Shown here piece after piece: positions 12,291 through 25,335 of a stretch of DNA of 64,000 bases (its first letter is position 1; the number at the start of each line of letters is the position of its first letter). The stretch is from contig ML002216.1 in NCBI GenBank assembly GCA_003614675.1, forward strand, positions 1-64,000, in the 5' to 3' direction. The position numbers and the translations under genes were made by a program. The notes under the pieces were generated by a model. It was not told where the DNA came from. It ran no database searches and worked only from the letters and a program-made list of their open reading frames with translations. Origin of the DNA: Dimargaris cristalligena. Lineage: Eukaryota.

Positions 12291-12842
12291 ATCGGGCGAT
12301 ATGGAGTACGGGCGAGAAACCTGCGTTGAAGGCTGAGAACGGAGGTTATGGAGAGCAGACTAAGGGAAAAGCGGTTGGGTTGGCGGTAGGAATTCCGAAC
12401 AGGGAAATGGAAGCAGAGTTGAATAATTTAGGGTTAGCGTGGGTGCATTTAAAAGAAAGAGAAACGTAAGCAATACAATTTCGAAGCCACCGAGGGTACT
12501 ATTATGGGTCTATCTATCATTCTCTCTATATGAAGTGTCTAATTGGGCGGCTGAAACCGGGCGGGCTTTCAGAAGAGAAGAGAGGGATTAGCTGAATCGC
12601 GCAGTGGCCTTACCTCCTTACTTTACCTTGGAGCTGAAGCACCGCTGGCTCTAATGGCCGCCAATGAGAGTAGAGCGGTACGGCTGGCCTTTTCCAACCT
12701 TCCTCCACTACACTGACCTTCAAACTCGCTGGGTTGCACCTCCTCCCCAAGAGCCCCACATTATCCTCCCTAACCAACCCACCGCCCGATCTTACACCAT
12801 TTCTACTGACTTATATTCTTTACTTTATCCTTCTAAGTACAC

Positions 12843-13502
12843 ATGGCTTCCCCTACCCCTCGCCAGCCAGGCCACTCGTCCTCGGGCACTGGTACCAACT
12901 TCGCGGAAGACTTCGTTGCCGGCTTGGACCAAACCAAGGCTCAGTCCAGGACCAACGAGGTCCGACCCGAAGACTTCGCCGACCCCTGGAAAGACCCCAC
13001 GCCGGCCCCCGCCGCCACCTTGGCTACCACCGAAGCCGGGGAAACCCCGTTTGCCGACGCCAAACCCATTCTACCCCAGTCCTTCCGGACCGACCTGATC
13101 AAGCTGAAGAGGGACGATCCCCCCCTCTACTTCCGGATGATCTCCATACATGCCGAAGAGCACTGCTTCGACCATGTTATGACCCGGAACAACTGTCTGA
13201 AGAATGCGAAAGTCTGGGAACAGTGGAAGTGCCAGCTACTAGAGAAGAACTACATCGAATGCTATGAGCAGAGTATGGTAAGTTATATGTGTTATTGAAC
13301 CTGTCCACTTCGCATGGGCGATATTTCTATAATATCCATACTATGCCCCGACTAAGATCCGGTCCCCACAAAACAGCGGTTAATCGATGACTTATTAACT
13401 ATACTGACGTGACTATATGTATACCTAATGTATATGTACCCCACCTATACCAACCAGAAACAAATCAAACACGAAATCGGTGAGACGGGACCTTTTAAAT
13501 AA
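12843..13502 (+). CDS. Twin CX9C protein (probable mitochondrial intermembrane-space CHCH protein); exons 12843-13277 and 13458-13502
   Basis: C-FDHVMTRNN-C and C-QLLEKNYIE-C motifs. GTAAGT donor at 13278, CAG acceptor at 13455-13457. Confidence 0.6.
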
Positions 13503-15661
13503 ACACAGATTGCATTATTGATTCGGCAAGTGATACTAAACATGGGTTGAGTGATTATCGATTATAACTATACCATGCCATGGAAGTAGGGTCGTTACGG
13601 AATTTACTGGATCAGTAAAGCGAAGGGAAGTAGAGCAACCCGAGGGCTTTTTACGAATAGAACAAAATGGGCGAAATGCGTTATAAATGGGCAGGTATAT
13701 AAGATTTGTAATGAAATGAAATGATAATGATAAAAAGAAGAGAGCTGCGTTTCTTACCCATAAAGCCGGGTTGGTATATGGAAGGGGGGCTATCTCAGCA
13801 TACGAACCCGAATATAACACGGTACATAATAGTTTAGGCTAAGCAGCATTAGGCACCATTATTTCTCGACAGTTGTCAGAAAGAGTAAAAGAATAAAGGA
13901 ATCCAAGTCAATGACGGATCGGATAAGGAGGTTGGTTGATTGGTGTTTTGTTTAATAAGGAAGGAAGTGAACATTAGTTAGGCGTCAGTTAGGGGCCACA
14001 TCTACGCTGATGGACCAAACGGATTCGGTCTAATCATAAGTGATCATTGCGCCGCACATCATCCTGAAACAATTTATTGAGTTACTTATAGTATACTCCA
14101 GGTAAATGTTTCCCTACTAATGATGAAGTTTCAATAGACAGCGCGGATGGGGTCCTTTAAATATAACTCATGAAGGGGAAAATGCCCTTGTGGGATAGGG
14201 TAAAGTCTACCCTCTATCTGGTCGGGTTACACTCCCTGGTTCGCTTAGCCCTAACAGCCAATGATTATTTTTTTCCAGATGTCCCCAACACACCTATGAA
14301 CTTAAAAATTTTTACGCATCTCTTTAAATTCTGAAACAAGGGAAAATATAAAAATTTCCTTTCTGTAGTAATTAACCAACCGTGTCCATTAGGTTTAAAT
14401 TGGCTATGGGATGTTTCAAGCCTAGATTATTGATTGCAATCACCTGATTCAACCGTACGTGGTCCTTTCAACAGTTTATATGACCGATTCCAGCTGCGCG
14501 TCAGCATAGCGTTTCAACCCAAACGTAGTGTAACATCTCCCAACTGTGCTGAAACAAAACTTACTGAAATCTAAACATCAGGAAAATTAAGCAATAAGGA
14601 AACTCCTGCCGAAATTTACGGCCCATTTGGTGAGTCTCCTCCTACCCAATTTGATGAATCGCTGCCCCAACTGAGGCATTGTCACTGGCAAAGCTAATCC
14701 AATACACAGCGCTATAGGTAAGAGATGTCTACTTTATATTAGGAATTATATATATGAGATAGTTAAGTAATACGCATTGGAGATTGCGATAAATGACTAA
14801 ATAATAATCTGGGCTACACTCCAATGGCAATCGCAGCGCTAAAGGTTAAATAACGCACTTGGCCTAACCCTTAACCACCCTTAGCATATGGGCTACACAG
14901 TGTCCAAGACCAGCTTCCCAGTCTGCACTACTCTACAGTGACCTTTCCTAGTGATCGCTCGGGGTTGACTTGAGTCTCCCCTCCCTTTTAATTTAACATT
15001 TAACCGAGTTTGGCACACTATTATTTAAGGGAATTTTGGACCAACAATACATGGCCCCATATCAAGTCCAGCCTGTACTGCTTAAGTATTCGCTACAACC
15101 CCAGCTCCCCCATCGTACTGCCCTGTAGCACAATAATTTCAACTTGGGTGAATAATAGATTGAACACTATTGCTGATGGTAAAACCTGCCAGACTAAGCC
15201 AGGGCGAGTGATATGTATAACACTACGTATAGCCCTCTAATAGCCCAATAGAGGTAACTAAACATTAGGCCGTTGGCAATGTACAAAACCACGAACTATA
15301 GCATGACCGAAGTCAACAATTAGCATTCGACACTCAAGTATTTATTTTACAGTGGGCCGGAGTGAAAGGGCCACAGATTAAAAGTAAACATCTGAGCAAA
15401 GAGGCGAACTAAAAAAAAAAAGGGAATAAGGGAAAGGTGGTACACGGAAGTTCCAAAACGTATAAAATACACATTCGAATCCTCGGGGCACCACCCAGTC
15501 AGCGCAAGGGGAACGACACAGGATTAGTGTTGGGAAAGATAATATCCCCCCGTTACTAGTCCGATTTAGCACACCCTGCGAAGACGAGCGGAGCCGACGA
15601 ATACCACGGTCCGGAAAAGGTCGCACCTTTGCAACGCACGCTGAAGGGGGGAAAGCTGTGT

Positions 15662-16027
15662 TTAGTTTTCGGCGATGGTGACTTCGACCTCCACACCGGG
15701 TTCAATGGAGATGGAGGTGATCTGCTTGACGATCTCGCTGGGGGAGTGGAGATCGATGACGCGCTTGTGGATGCGCATCTGGAAGCGATCCCAGGTCTTG
15801 GTACCCTCACCGTTGGGGGTCTTACGGGTGGTGATGCGGAGGACCTTGGTGGGCAGACGGATGGGGCCGCTGATCTTCAGCTGCTTCTCCTTGGCGCGGA
15901 GGACCAGATCGGAACAGACCTTCTCGAGGTTCTGGACATTGCGGGACGACAGGGTGATGCGGATGCGGTGGACCTTGGGGCGGACGGGGGCTTCCAGACC
16001 GGGTTTGCCTTTAGCGACGTAAGCCAT
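15662..16027 (-). CDS. RPS20: 40S ribosomal protein S20 (uS10)
   Basis: [12 protein letters not shown]...[40 protein letters not shown]. Confidence 0.98.
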   Translation of the reverse strand: MAYVAKGKPGLEAPVRPKVHRIRITLSSRNVQNLEKVCSDLVLRAKEKQLKISGPIRLPTKVLRITTRKTPNGEGTKTWDRFQMRIHKRVIDLHSPSEIVKQITSISIEPGVEVEVTIAEN

Positions 16028-16925
16028 TTTTATTTTAAAGCTGAGAGAGTGTAGAGGGGGGATTGGGGGGCAATGGACACAGCGGTGACTAAGGGCCGAG
16101 GAGATTCGACGTGAGTTGATGAGAAAGGAGAGGGAGGATCAAGCGGTGGCCAGGACGCCCTGCTGGGTTATAGTAGTCCCTCCCCCCTAGTCCTCCACCC
16201 AGAGTGGTAGAGTGGTCGATCGGCTTGGAAGGGGAGGACGGGCACAAAACAGCTCCCACAGCCAATCCAGTAAAAAACGCCGAAAAAAAATTGGCCAAGG
16301 TTTGAATCTAAGACAATGGTAATTGGGGTAAAGAATTGGTCAGATAATAGTTATTATCACGTGATTATATTCAGTACGATACCCAAACGCAGTCTACTTG
16401 GGCTAAGAGGCCAAGCAGCACCACCAACACACTAAAATTGCCCTACCACTAGACACTATTGCTTGCAAACAACTGGGGTAGAAAAACCACCAATACTCCG
16501 AAACCGCCCTAATTTTACCCATTGGGCGGCCAATACAGTAACATCAATTTAGACCGATTGATCGGGAAACAGGGTATAGACAAGGCCCACCACCACTATT
16601 AAGATTAGTTTGCGAAACTCAGTCCAATACACCGGGTTGGAATTAACTACACCACTCTGTAAAGTTAAGGGAAAACCGAGGTTTATTAGACGGATACATA
16701 AACTGAATAAGTATACAAAGTTGGGTTGTTAGAGGTCCATGTACAAAAAAATAATACCTATCGTGGTATACATCAGGGGGATATTATAAGAGTATGGACA
16801 CCCGGCATAATCGAGCAAAGCCGATGGGTGAGGAGGGGCGGGATACCATAATGAATGGCCCGGCGTAGAAGAAAAATAGTACAAGAGTGGTAAGTGGGTC
16901 CGTAAGAGACCAAACATGCCGCCAA

Positions 16926-18485
16926 CTAAATATAGCGTAGCTCCGCGGCTGAAAAGTGTGGGGGCTTCCACTGAAGGGCCTGGGGGTTAATATTACGCCG
17001 CTTTTTCTTCAGTGCCTTATAGTAATTTTCAATCACCGAGTCGTTCAGGCAAATAATGTGCTGCCCCCGATAGTATTTGAGTGCATCAATCGACTGCAGG
17101 GTGTGTAAAATATCCTGGGTCGTAAACGAGGTCATGTGGGACAGTTCATCGATGGACACCTCCCCTTTGAAGCGGACCAGCTTGTCAATAAGGGTTTCCG
17201 ACCAGTAAGCGCGGTAGCTGAGTAGACCCAGATCCGACAGGGGCTTTTCGGGGGACCCAATCTTGCCCTCCGCCTTGGACAGCTCATACGAAAAGGCAAT
17301 TAACGTACGGCCGAACCCCATGCGCTGGTACTGGGGCAGGGTCAGAATACAGGCCAGATTGTAGTTGTCGAGGGACTCCTTTTCTTTGCTAAAGTAGCCA
17401 ATGACATGGCAACCATGGTCGTCGGTCACTGTCATGACGTAGAAAAGGAACGGATCAACGTCATAATAGAGCGTCTTGTGATCTAGGAACAGCTTGGATA
17501 CGAGGCACAGGTTGCGGCAGTACACCTTTTGCTTGCGGCCGTCAATCTCGAAAAAGGAGAGGTCATCCTGCCGGTAAATTTCGTTACCGGGGGGATGCTG
17601 GAGGGTACAGTGCAGGCAGTGCCGTTCAAGTTGGCGATGCGATATGAAGTAGCTAAAGCAGAACTCGCACAGGTAGACAGTGTCAGCGTGGGCGAATTCG
17701 GCGGGGTAGGGTGAGAAGTACCAGGCCTCGACCTCGTGTTTGCCAATGACGACCCGATTAAGGTTCTTCACCCGCGACACCTCCGAAATGCTCTGAGTCA
17801 TTGACCCCGAGGTACGCAATTTCTCAATTTCCTTTTCTTTGGAGAATGTCTGGCCGGTTTCGGCGGCCGCGGCATCGTCGTCCTCCTTAGGAACCGTCCC
17901 TTTGGATGGCGATTCGGAGGGCCCTGGCGTGTCTCCGCGTTCTTTATCAGCCGCGCCGGGTCCGGGGGTACCTCGACCCATGGGCGTGCGTCCCGCCAAG
18001 GTCTTGCGGGGAACTTTGGGGGTTCGGCCGGGTGTTCCTTCAGCAACCCCAGCGGCGCCACCCCGCGGCCGCTTCACTTTAGGGTATTCGATACCCCGGT
18101 CCATTTCAATTCGATGCGGTTTAATCCATTCGTCCAGCCGCTTGTTGAACTCGCAGTAATGGACGTAGTACTGGAAAATTTCGGCGGGAACCTCGCCATT
18201 CTTAGTAGTCGCCGCTTTAGCGCTGCGCAATTCGGCGCGCGTGGGTTTGACGGCCCGAATAGACAAAATTTCGGCCTTGCGGTACTCGGGTTCGGCTGGG
18301 TTGACGGATTTTTCCACAAACACTTTGCACCCCACCCGAACTTGATCTAGGCTGGTGAGGGGTTCCATGGTATCGTCTGCTGAGGTCTGGGCGCTGGCCT
18401 CCGGTGCGGCCGGGGGCTCGACAGCCGGAGTGGGGCTACTCTCTAGCCTGGTCTTTCGGTCGGAGGGGGCGGCCTGACGAGGCAT
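16926..18485 (-). CDS. ESA1: MYST histone acetyltransferase, NuA4 catalytic subunit (Esa1/Tip60)
   Basis: Chromo-barrel YYVHYCEFNKRLDEW, EIEKLRTSGSMTQ, zinc finger, LDHKTLYYDVDPF, NLACILTLPQYQRMGFG, GSPEKPLSDLG. Confidence 0.96.
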   Translation of the reverse strand: MPRQAAPSDRKTRLESSPTPAVEPPAAPEASAQTSADDTMEPLTSLDQVRVGCKVFVEKSVNPAEPEYRKAEILSIRAVKPTRAELRSAKAATTKNGEVPAEIFQYYVHYCEFNKRLDEWIKPHRIEMDRGIEYPKVKRPRGGAAGVAEGTPGRTPKVPRKTLAGRTPMGRGTPGPGAADKERGDTPGPSESPSKGTVPKEDDDAAAAETGQTFSKEKEIEKLRTSGSMTQSISEVSRVKNLNRVVIGKHEVEAWYFSPYPAEFAHADTVYLCEFCFSYFISHRQLERHCLHCTLQHPPGNEIYRQDDLSFFEIDGRKQKVYCRNLCLVSKLFLDHKTLYYDVDPFLFYVMTVTDDHGCHVIGYFSKEKESLDNYNLACILTLPQYQRMGFGRTLIAFSYELSKAEGKIGSPEKPLSDLGLLSYRAYWSETLIDKLVRFKGEVSIDELSHMTSFTTQDILHTLQSIDALKYYRGQHIICLNDSVIENYYKALKKKRRNINPQALQWKPPHFSAAELRYI

Positions 18486-19130
18486 GGTTGCAGACCTTGG
18501 AAACTATGCGTATTGTAGTGGTGGGCAATGGGGGGGAGGGGCGGCGTGTGGGTGAACTAGGAACGTGTTGGGAAAAGCAGGGGTTGTTGCGGGAATGTAC
18601 CGTTGCTTGGAATTCCCAAGCTGTTGTATTTTAGTTGAGGCACAGTGGGTATTAGAAAAAGACTAGTATGGAGGGTAAGGTGTAAATGCTACCCTTAAGA
18701 ATAACAGAAAAAGAAAGGGTAAACAGGGAAAGGAATAGGTAATTTGTTTAGATAAATGTCACATCAGAAATCGATTTTCCTTTCGTAGATTCCCATAAAT
18801 GCCCCCCTCCCCTCGTGCATACTGCGCTGCTGCATCGACGAGTCACTTACTCTCCTCTTCCTATGCCTTCACGCAGCCATTGGGCAGGTGAATGAAGTGT
18901 GGGACCAATAAATTCCTGTGATGACAAATAACATCCCATCCACCTCCCTTATTTACTAGCAATCTTTACATTTTAGAAGTTATGGAGCTCTGTGGATAAG
19001 GTGCTGCAACTGCCACCAATGGTAAGTTGAATGTCTTAGGCATTCCATTCTACCACACCAGCATAATTAATATATACCCTTGGTGAACATGAATTATAAC
19101 TGGGATGACGCCCAGGGCCATTTTGTTTAT

Positions 19131-21786
19131 TTAAGATACAATTTCGTCTTCAGTTAGCGAGGCGAACCGCTGTTGAGGAACGGGTGGAAATCGATGGGTA
19201 AAATGAGCGGAGGGCCGATCCCCGTATTCGTTCGACGGTGAGGATTGCCCCGGATAGACAGGGTCGTAATGGTAGGTCCCTGGTATTGACTGGTAACGTT
19301 CCGAGCGGTTGTCTAGGGCGGCCAGATGCCGGAGTACATCTTTTTTGGTGATTAGCCCATTGAGTTGACCGTTGCGGGTAATCAGAATATAACGCAGACC
19401 CTGTGGTTTGTTGAAGTAATCATTTGGGTTAAATTGTAGATAAAGATTAGAACAAATATTAATAATCGCCGCATCGTCCATGGTGGGTATAGTTAAATTA
19501 TAGGCACATCATGGTGGCCTTTCACAAATAAAATCTATCGCTCAGTTCAATGGGGTTTGACTGTACACATATTCTGCCAATTTCCAGCCGTGAATTAAAT
19601 AATCTGGGGATACTTACTAGCTGCTTGAATGTCTCAATGACTAAAAACATGGGCGTGGTGAGGGACATGGTAATTGGTGGGGTGTCCAGGGCCGCCCGTA
19701 AATCAACAAAACGGGTCGTGACAGGGTGATCCATGGTGAGACTGGTGCCGAAATAGGCGACGGTATCCTCCGAGTAGCCGTCGACTTTCAGGGCCTGCTC
19801 AACGGCCGCCTGTAGTTTCGGCCGGCTCACGTAGCCAACCAGTTGCATAGTTTCGAGAGACTGAACGACAGGGAACCCTTGGTAGCCGGTGCGGATCAGG
19901 AATTCGCGCAGGCCGGCCAAGGTATTGGTGGGCGCCGTAGCGGTCGCAATAACTACCAGATCCTGAACGCGTGTCATCACTTCCGCCGCAGCTGTCTCCC
20001 GAGGGTACCGGACCTGAGGTCCAAGGTAAGGGTAGCCGTGGAATCGGATGAGCCGCTCGAAAATGCCGTCGGGCCCAAAGCCGTCGCCCACCCATTTGCT
20101 GACCGTCACGGCCACCATAATGGGCAGTACATAAATAAGGGCACCCGTTAGTTCGAACATGACCACCACGGTGGTAATGGTCATGCGAGTAACACCAGCC
20201 ATCGTGGCGGCCGCCCCCACCAAAGCGTACACACCGGGGGTGACGCAGGGAACGTCGGGGGCACACGAACGGAAGATGGCCAGTGTCGGGTAGTGCCGCT
20301 GCCAGAGTTGGACCAGAATGCCAATGGCCCGTCCCGTACAGGCCCCAATGGCCATGGATGGCATCAAAATACCCCCTGGGACCTTGGTTCCATACGTGAC
20401 CGAGGCAAACAGAGTCTTGAGGATAGCCGCCGCAATCAGCAGTAGGACAGTGCGCCCGATGCGGGAGGGATCGCAAATTCCTTCATAGCCCATATCGGCG
20501 CATTCCGTAAAAAGGTTGGACACCAGTTCGACCGTATCGACCTGCAAAAGGATATTGAGAAAGTTGATGGCGGATGTGACGGCCGCCAGACACAGGACCT
20601 CAGTAACGGGATTAGCCCGGACCCAGGCCAGTTGGCGACGAGTAGCCGCCCATAGGTTAAGCCGGATGATGGCGGTACCAATGATCCCTCCGAGGGCCCC
20701 CAGGATAATAAAGAATACCAGTTCAAACCCGTGCCAGGCCCGATCATAGGTGACCTGAAAGGCTACGAGTTTGCCCGTGCGAAAAGGGTTCATAAACTTA
20801 AGCATCATGGAGGCCACCATAGCACAGAAGAAGCTCCGCCACATGGTCTGCGACGGAAAGTAGTACGACAGTTCTTCAAGACTGAAGAGCACCCCACCGA
20901 TGGGGGCCCCGAACGCCACCGAGATACCGGCCGCGGAGGCCACCGACAGCATTTCCTGTCGCTTGGCTTCGTTATTCCGGAAACGGCCGAATAAGCGGCT
21001 CAGAATATTGCCACAGCATCCCGCAATGTGCACAAGGGACCCCTCCTTACCGACCCCCAGGCCCGAGGCCACCGCCAGGACCGTACCAATGATCTTAATG
21101 ACGAGGGTCCGGAATCCAAGGAAGCGGGGGATTTTATAGCCACCCAGAATGGTCTTGATTTCCGAAATACCGCTACTCGAGGCGTAGGGCGCAAAGTAAA
21201 CGACGAGGACCGAGCTGGCACCGGCCAGGAGCACTCCGCTTAAAATATAAACAAGGTAATGGTAGAGCCAGGAGGCCACGGGGGATTGGATGCCCAGGTA
21301 TTTACTCCAGGAGACCCAACCGGCGCAAGTCGCGTATGCTAAAGGGACAAAGGGTAAGAGGACAGATAGGGCGGATATAGACATGGTGAGTTGATCGAAC
21401 AGTACGTAGGGGCTACATGGCAGATAAGGTCCTGTGCTCAATAGTAGGGTCAGTCAGTGTGTGAGCCACGCGAGGCGGACCAGGGCCATGGTTGGCCTGT
21501 CCGCCATCTTACGAGACTACACGGATGGTAGCGAATGGGTGGAGGGCGTGGATACAGTCCTAGGTAACCTACATTTTTCGGCCCAGCAGCAGAAGCGCTG
21601 GTTGAGGTAGAAGCCGGTTTGGCAATAACCCTCCCGGTAGTCATTGAGCCATTCGTAGCTAATGTCGATGAAGCTGGCGATCACGCCGAGCACGACCCCC
21701 AATATGAGGTAGAGATGGAGGTCGAAAAAGACGGCATTGAGAAAAGCGGCGGCGTAGGAGCGAAGTTTGAGTCTAGTAGTGGCCAT
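19131..21786 (-). CDS. CLC-family chloride channel/antiporter (Gef1/ClC-3-like) with two CBS domains; exons 21786-21573, 21338-19618, 19400-19131
   Basis: GYCQTGFYLNQRFCCW, SSGISEIKTILGG, GKEGSLVH, AFGAPIGGVLFSLEE, VVMFELTG, CBS motifs GFPVV and GLRYILITRNGQLNGLITKKDVL. Canonical splice sites keep the frame. Confidence 0.92.
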
Positions 21787-23591
21787 AACGAAAGTATATA
21801 AATAAACTAATGTGTGAAAACGGGGATGGAGTGTACGCGAATCCTTCAAGAGTAAGACCCTAACTCAACCTTGGGCCCATGTCAGGGTGGTAGCAGCCAA
21901 ACCGCCCTTTGTACTATCTTGTGGTATAAAAGGGTGTCGCGAAGGCCTATTTGGGCGAGTCTGCCCTAGACCCACCCCCCTCTCTTTATGCCCTATATGT
22001 AATGCACCCCTAATTCACCACCTTCTCCTATTACATGTAACTCTCGTATGTCATATAAGCATTGCTACCCGAAAATCCAAATTTGCCGCTTGTTTTCTGG
22101 TATCTAGCGCTGGGTGGCCATCCCCTTTAAATCGAAGAGGCAGTTGAAGATATTCTGATTTGCCCACGACGTTGGGCATTCCACCGAATTAAGTGGGTGG
22201 TCAGAACCCAATTTAGCATTAATTCACTTACTCGGCAGGGTTATATATCCCAAGGTAGGTCGCGGCATTAATACTACGATATATGAAGTCCTAGGTAGCC
22301 CAAGGCCACTTCAATCAACTGTCGAAGTTTTCTATCCGATGACTACGTGCGGTGATCACCATTCCCAATGGCCTGTTTGCTACTATTAGTAAGCGACTGG
22401 AATTGCTACTGGTAACTAGAAACAACTTACATCATCATGAAGTCGAGATTCTCTTTATATTTATCACATTTGGGAGGTTAAGTCTTACAGTGATTGTATG
22501 TCCACTTTACTTGTAAGCATTGAGAGCACCTCAATCCAACCGTACCGCTATGAACGCTATATTGCAACCAATCTATTGATAATTCGTGTTTTTATACACT
22601 TTAAACCCAAGAACTACCCGCTGACTATTCCAACTAGGATTTTAAAGAAAATGCAGTCACATTTACATCCACCTGCTTTAATATGAAATAAATATGAAAT
22701 AGGTGATTATACGAATACAAAGTACCCGTTGATATTGTTGTGTGCCACTATATCGAAATGGCCATAGTAATCTATAAGTATTTGAACGGGTTTTTATGTA
22801 GGACGTATGGACAGGAAAGACCCTCCCAGAGCAAGGGGGAGGTGGGGGCGCTAGGTTTTGATAACCAACGACGGGGCAAATCCTCCCGTTTCGCTGGGTG
22901 TTACACCAGCGCTACTATTGGCCGCGTGGGCCGTAACAATATAATAGAAATACTATCTGGTATCATCAATATCCCTATAGCTTCATAGCCAAATGAATAA
23001 GGCATAGGGGCCATTCGGTCATCTTTTCCCATTAATTTTCGAGGTGTATCGTCTCGGGCTAAATGGGGAATATGGAAACGTGGCGTATGTGCTGTCTGAC
23101 ACGATTCACTGTGACAAGGTCCCTTATTCTGTACTAGAAAGTGGTGCAATCTGTTGGGTTTGATTATGGCTGACAATCATCGACGTCTTTCCTTCGCCTG
23201 GCCGTTGCACTAACCTATGTATTGCTCGAGTGACTGGGTGCAACATATAAATCAAGTTAACAGCCCCTAAGGGTGATTGGCGGTAAATCAAAGAAGCGTG
23301 TTTAAAGTGTGTATCCCCATCCAGCGCCGGCTCGACGTTGCCCCACCAATAGTCAAAATAATGGAACATCCCGAAGAGGGATTGATGACCAAAGCAATGC
23401 CACAATATCACGACTAAACAGCTTCCCAGGTAATTGAGTTCAAATGGGCCAGACCTTGGTTATATAGCGAGGGAAGGTACCCCCTAAGTGTCTAATTGCA
23501 CACCTGCTCTATTGATTTTCACCCTAAATTATCCAACTTTGTTCATCAAAGTACCCATACATCCTTCCGAATTCCTCGAATCTACCGCATC

Positions 23592-25061
23592 ATGTTCCTA
23601 GCACTGGTTATAGGTATAATGTGTTTCGGTTGTCTGAGCCGCTTGGTACAGACTTCCGAGGTGAGTTCAGGTTTGTCTAATCCACTCCAACCACTTTCCT
23701 ACCTCAATTGCTTACCCACGGAACTACTCATAGACACCATGTCGTACTTACCCGAAGGCCGATTAATGGAACTTAGGCATTCGGCCGACGCGTATGGAGC
23801 ATTGGCGAAATATGGTCTTTTCCGCAAGGTAAAAATATATCTCATCTATACGCACACCCGCCAATATTCTGGCTTTAGCATTTGGGTTGACGTTTGTTAT
23901 ACTCCTAAAACTTAAAAACATCGAATTTCCACGCCTTCATTTAGCTAATATCCTCCCGAGTGGGGCCCCCTCCTGACCTTACCATCTATATTACCGATTA
24001 GTTCAAACTGATGAATTCCCACCCCAATTGGCTGGAGTGGGAACAACTGGCCAAACTACGGTACGTTTTAGCCCCCCTGGAAATGGCCCACATGGGTTTG
24101 TTACTTATCGACGATACCCTAAGCAGTAGCTTCGCCCAACACGCCAGTCGATTCGCGGCCAACTCCTTCGATGATTCGCCACACGACGAGTCAGAAATAA
24201 AATACCGCCAGTACATTGCGTTTCTGGAACAGAATCAGGTCGTTTCGCTTCTCCGCAACGGTCGTTAGGTGGATATCGTACTCAACCGACTAACCCCCCA
24301 GGATTTGTCGCAACACTTCCCTTTTATTGCCGTTTACACCCAGACCATGTTAATGGAGATATTTATACAGTTTACCCACCTGTATAGCATTATGTCCAGC
24401 AAGACTGGGTTTATTGACAGGATCGGCCCCCTAAATATAGGCACGATAAGCCAATATGTTGACCCAGTGCATCTAATCGGGTCAGTTGTTAAACACACCT
24501 TGTTTGTCCAGACTTGGGCCCTTTACCGAAGCGACGACACGATGGGAATATGGGTTTTTTTGGCTAGGGGCTATTAAGGAATTGGGCCTTTCTCAACAAC
24601 TGGCCTCCGAATATCTCCAGGATCTATTGGCAACTGTACGCATATTAGCCCGGTTTACTATAACTTTGGCGGCCTGTCATCAGGACAGCCCAATGATTAC
24701 TTGGCTGGTTCAACTGATGTCCCAAATGGACGACTTATTCGTCGGGATGGGGGACCTTGGTTTCGCCAGCACTCGAGTGCCCTTTCTAATGCAGCTCCAA
24801 AACGACCACTTGAATAGGCCATTCCAACACTTAAAGTCCCTATGGCCCGAGTTGGAGATTGGATCCGCCGATGGGCAAGAATATACCATTGTGGGCAATT
24901 ATATTCCAGAGGGGCTCGACCTCGTCCAGGGTTGTCAGGCGCAGGTTCGCGTTTCCAGCATTCTATTTGAGCCCAGTGTTCTCGCCAAGCATAATGGGCG
25001 GGTGCTGTTTTCGTGCGAATCGACGGAGATTCTCGGGGACCTGCTGCCCGTGGCGGAATAG
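23592..25061 (+). pseudogene. Disrupted secreted protein with an N-terminal F-box-like motif; exons 23592-23828 and 24002-25061
   Basis: Hydrophobic leader MFLALVIGIMCFGCL and F-box-like LNCLPTELLIDTMSYL. In-frame TAG at 24266-24268 and a frame change near the T7 run at 24555-24561. Confidence 0.55.
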
Positions 25062-25335
25062 TCGCACTTATGTACAAGCCGTAGCCCCAGGGTCCATCTA
25101 TAACCAAGGACTGGTGGAACGTACTCAAGTATACCATCGTTTGCCATTTGCATTCGGGGTATTTAATTTAAATATCCCTTCAAAATTCAATCAATTTAAG
25201 GAATCCATTATGCATATCCTTGGTAGCCCTTTCAATACTTTCTTTGAATATGTGGTTTTTTTATACATGGCAATTACTAAATCGGTGGGCATAAAATGAT
25301 CTATAATGTTTAAGCTGAATTTATATTTTAGGAGA

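Noticed and set aside
12428-12440. Scattered TTAGGG/TAACCCT words in promoters
   Set aside because: No tandem array, so not telomeric; too short to call as factor-binding sites.
14110-14680. TGATGA/CTGA words suggesting C/D snoRNAs
   Set aside because: Spacing is wrong, and I could not support a terminal stem or rRNA guide.
15629-16054. Antisense ORFs over RPS20 (and similar ones over ESA1, CLC, VMA6, MAPKK and the RGG gene)
   Set aside because: GC-rich codon-bias shadows.
24266-24268. Stop-codon reassignment as an explanation of the in-frame TAG/TAA in orphan genes
   Set aside because: Conserved genes here end with TAA, TAG and TGA and have no internal stops.
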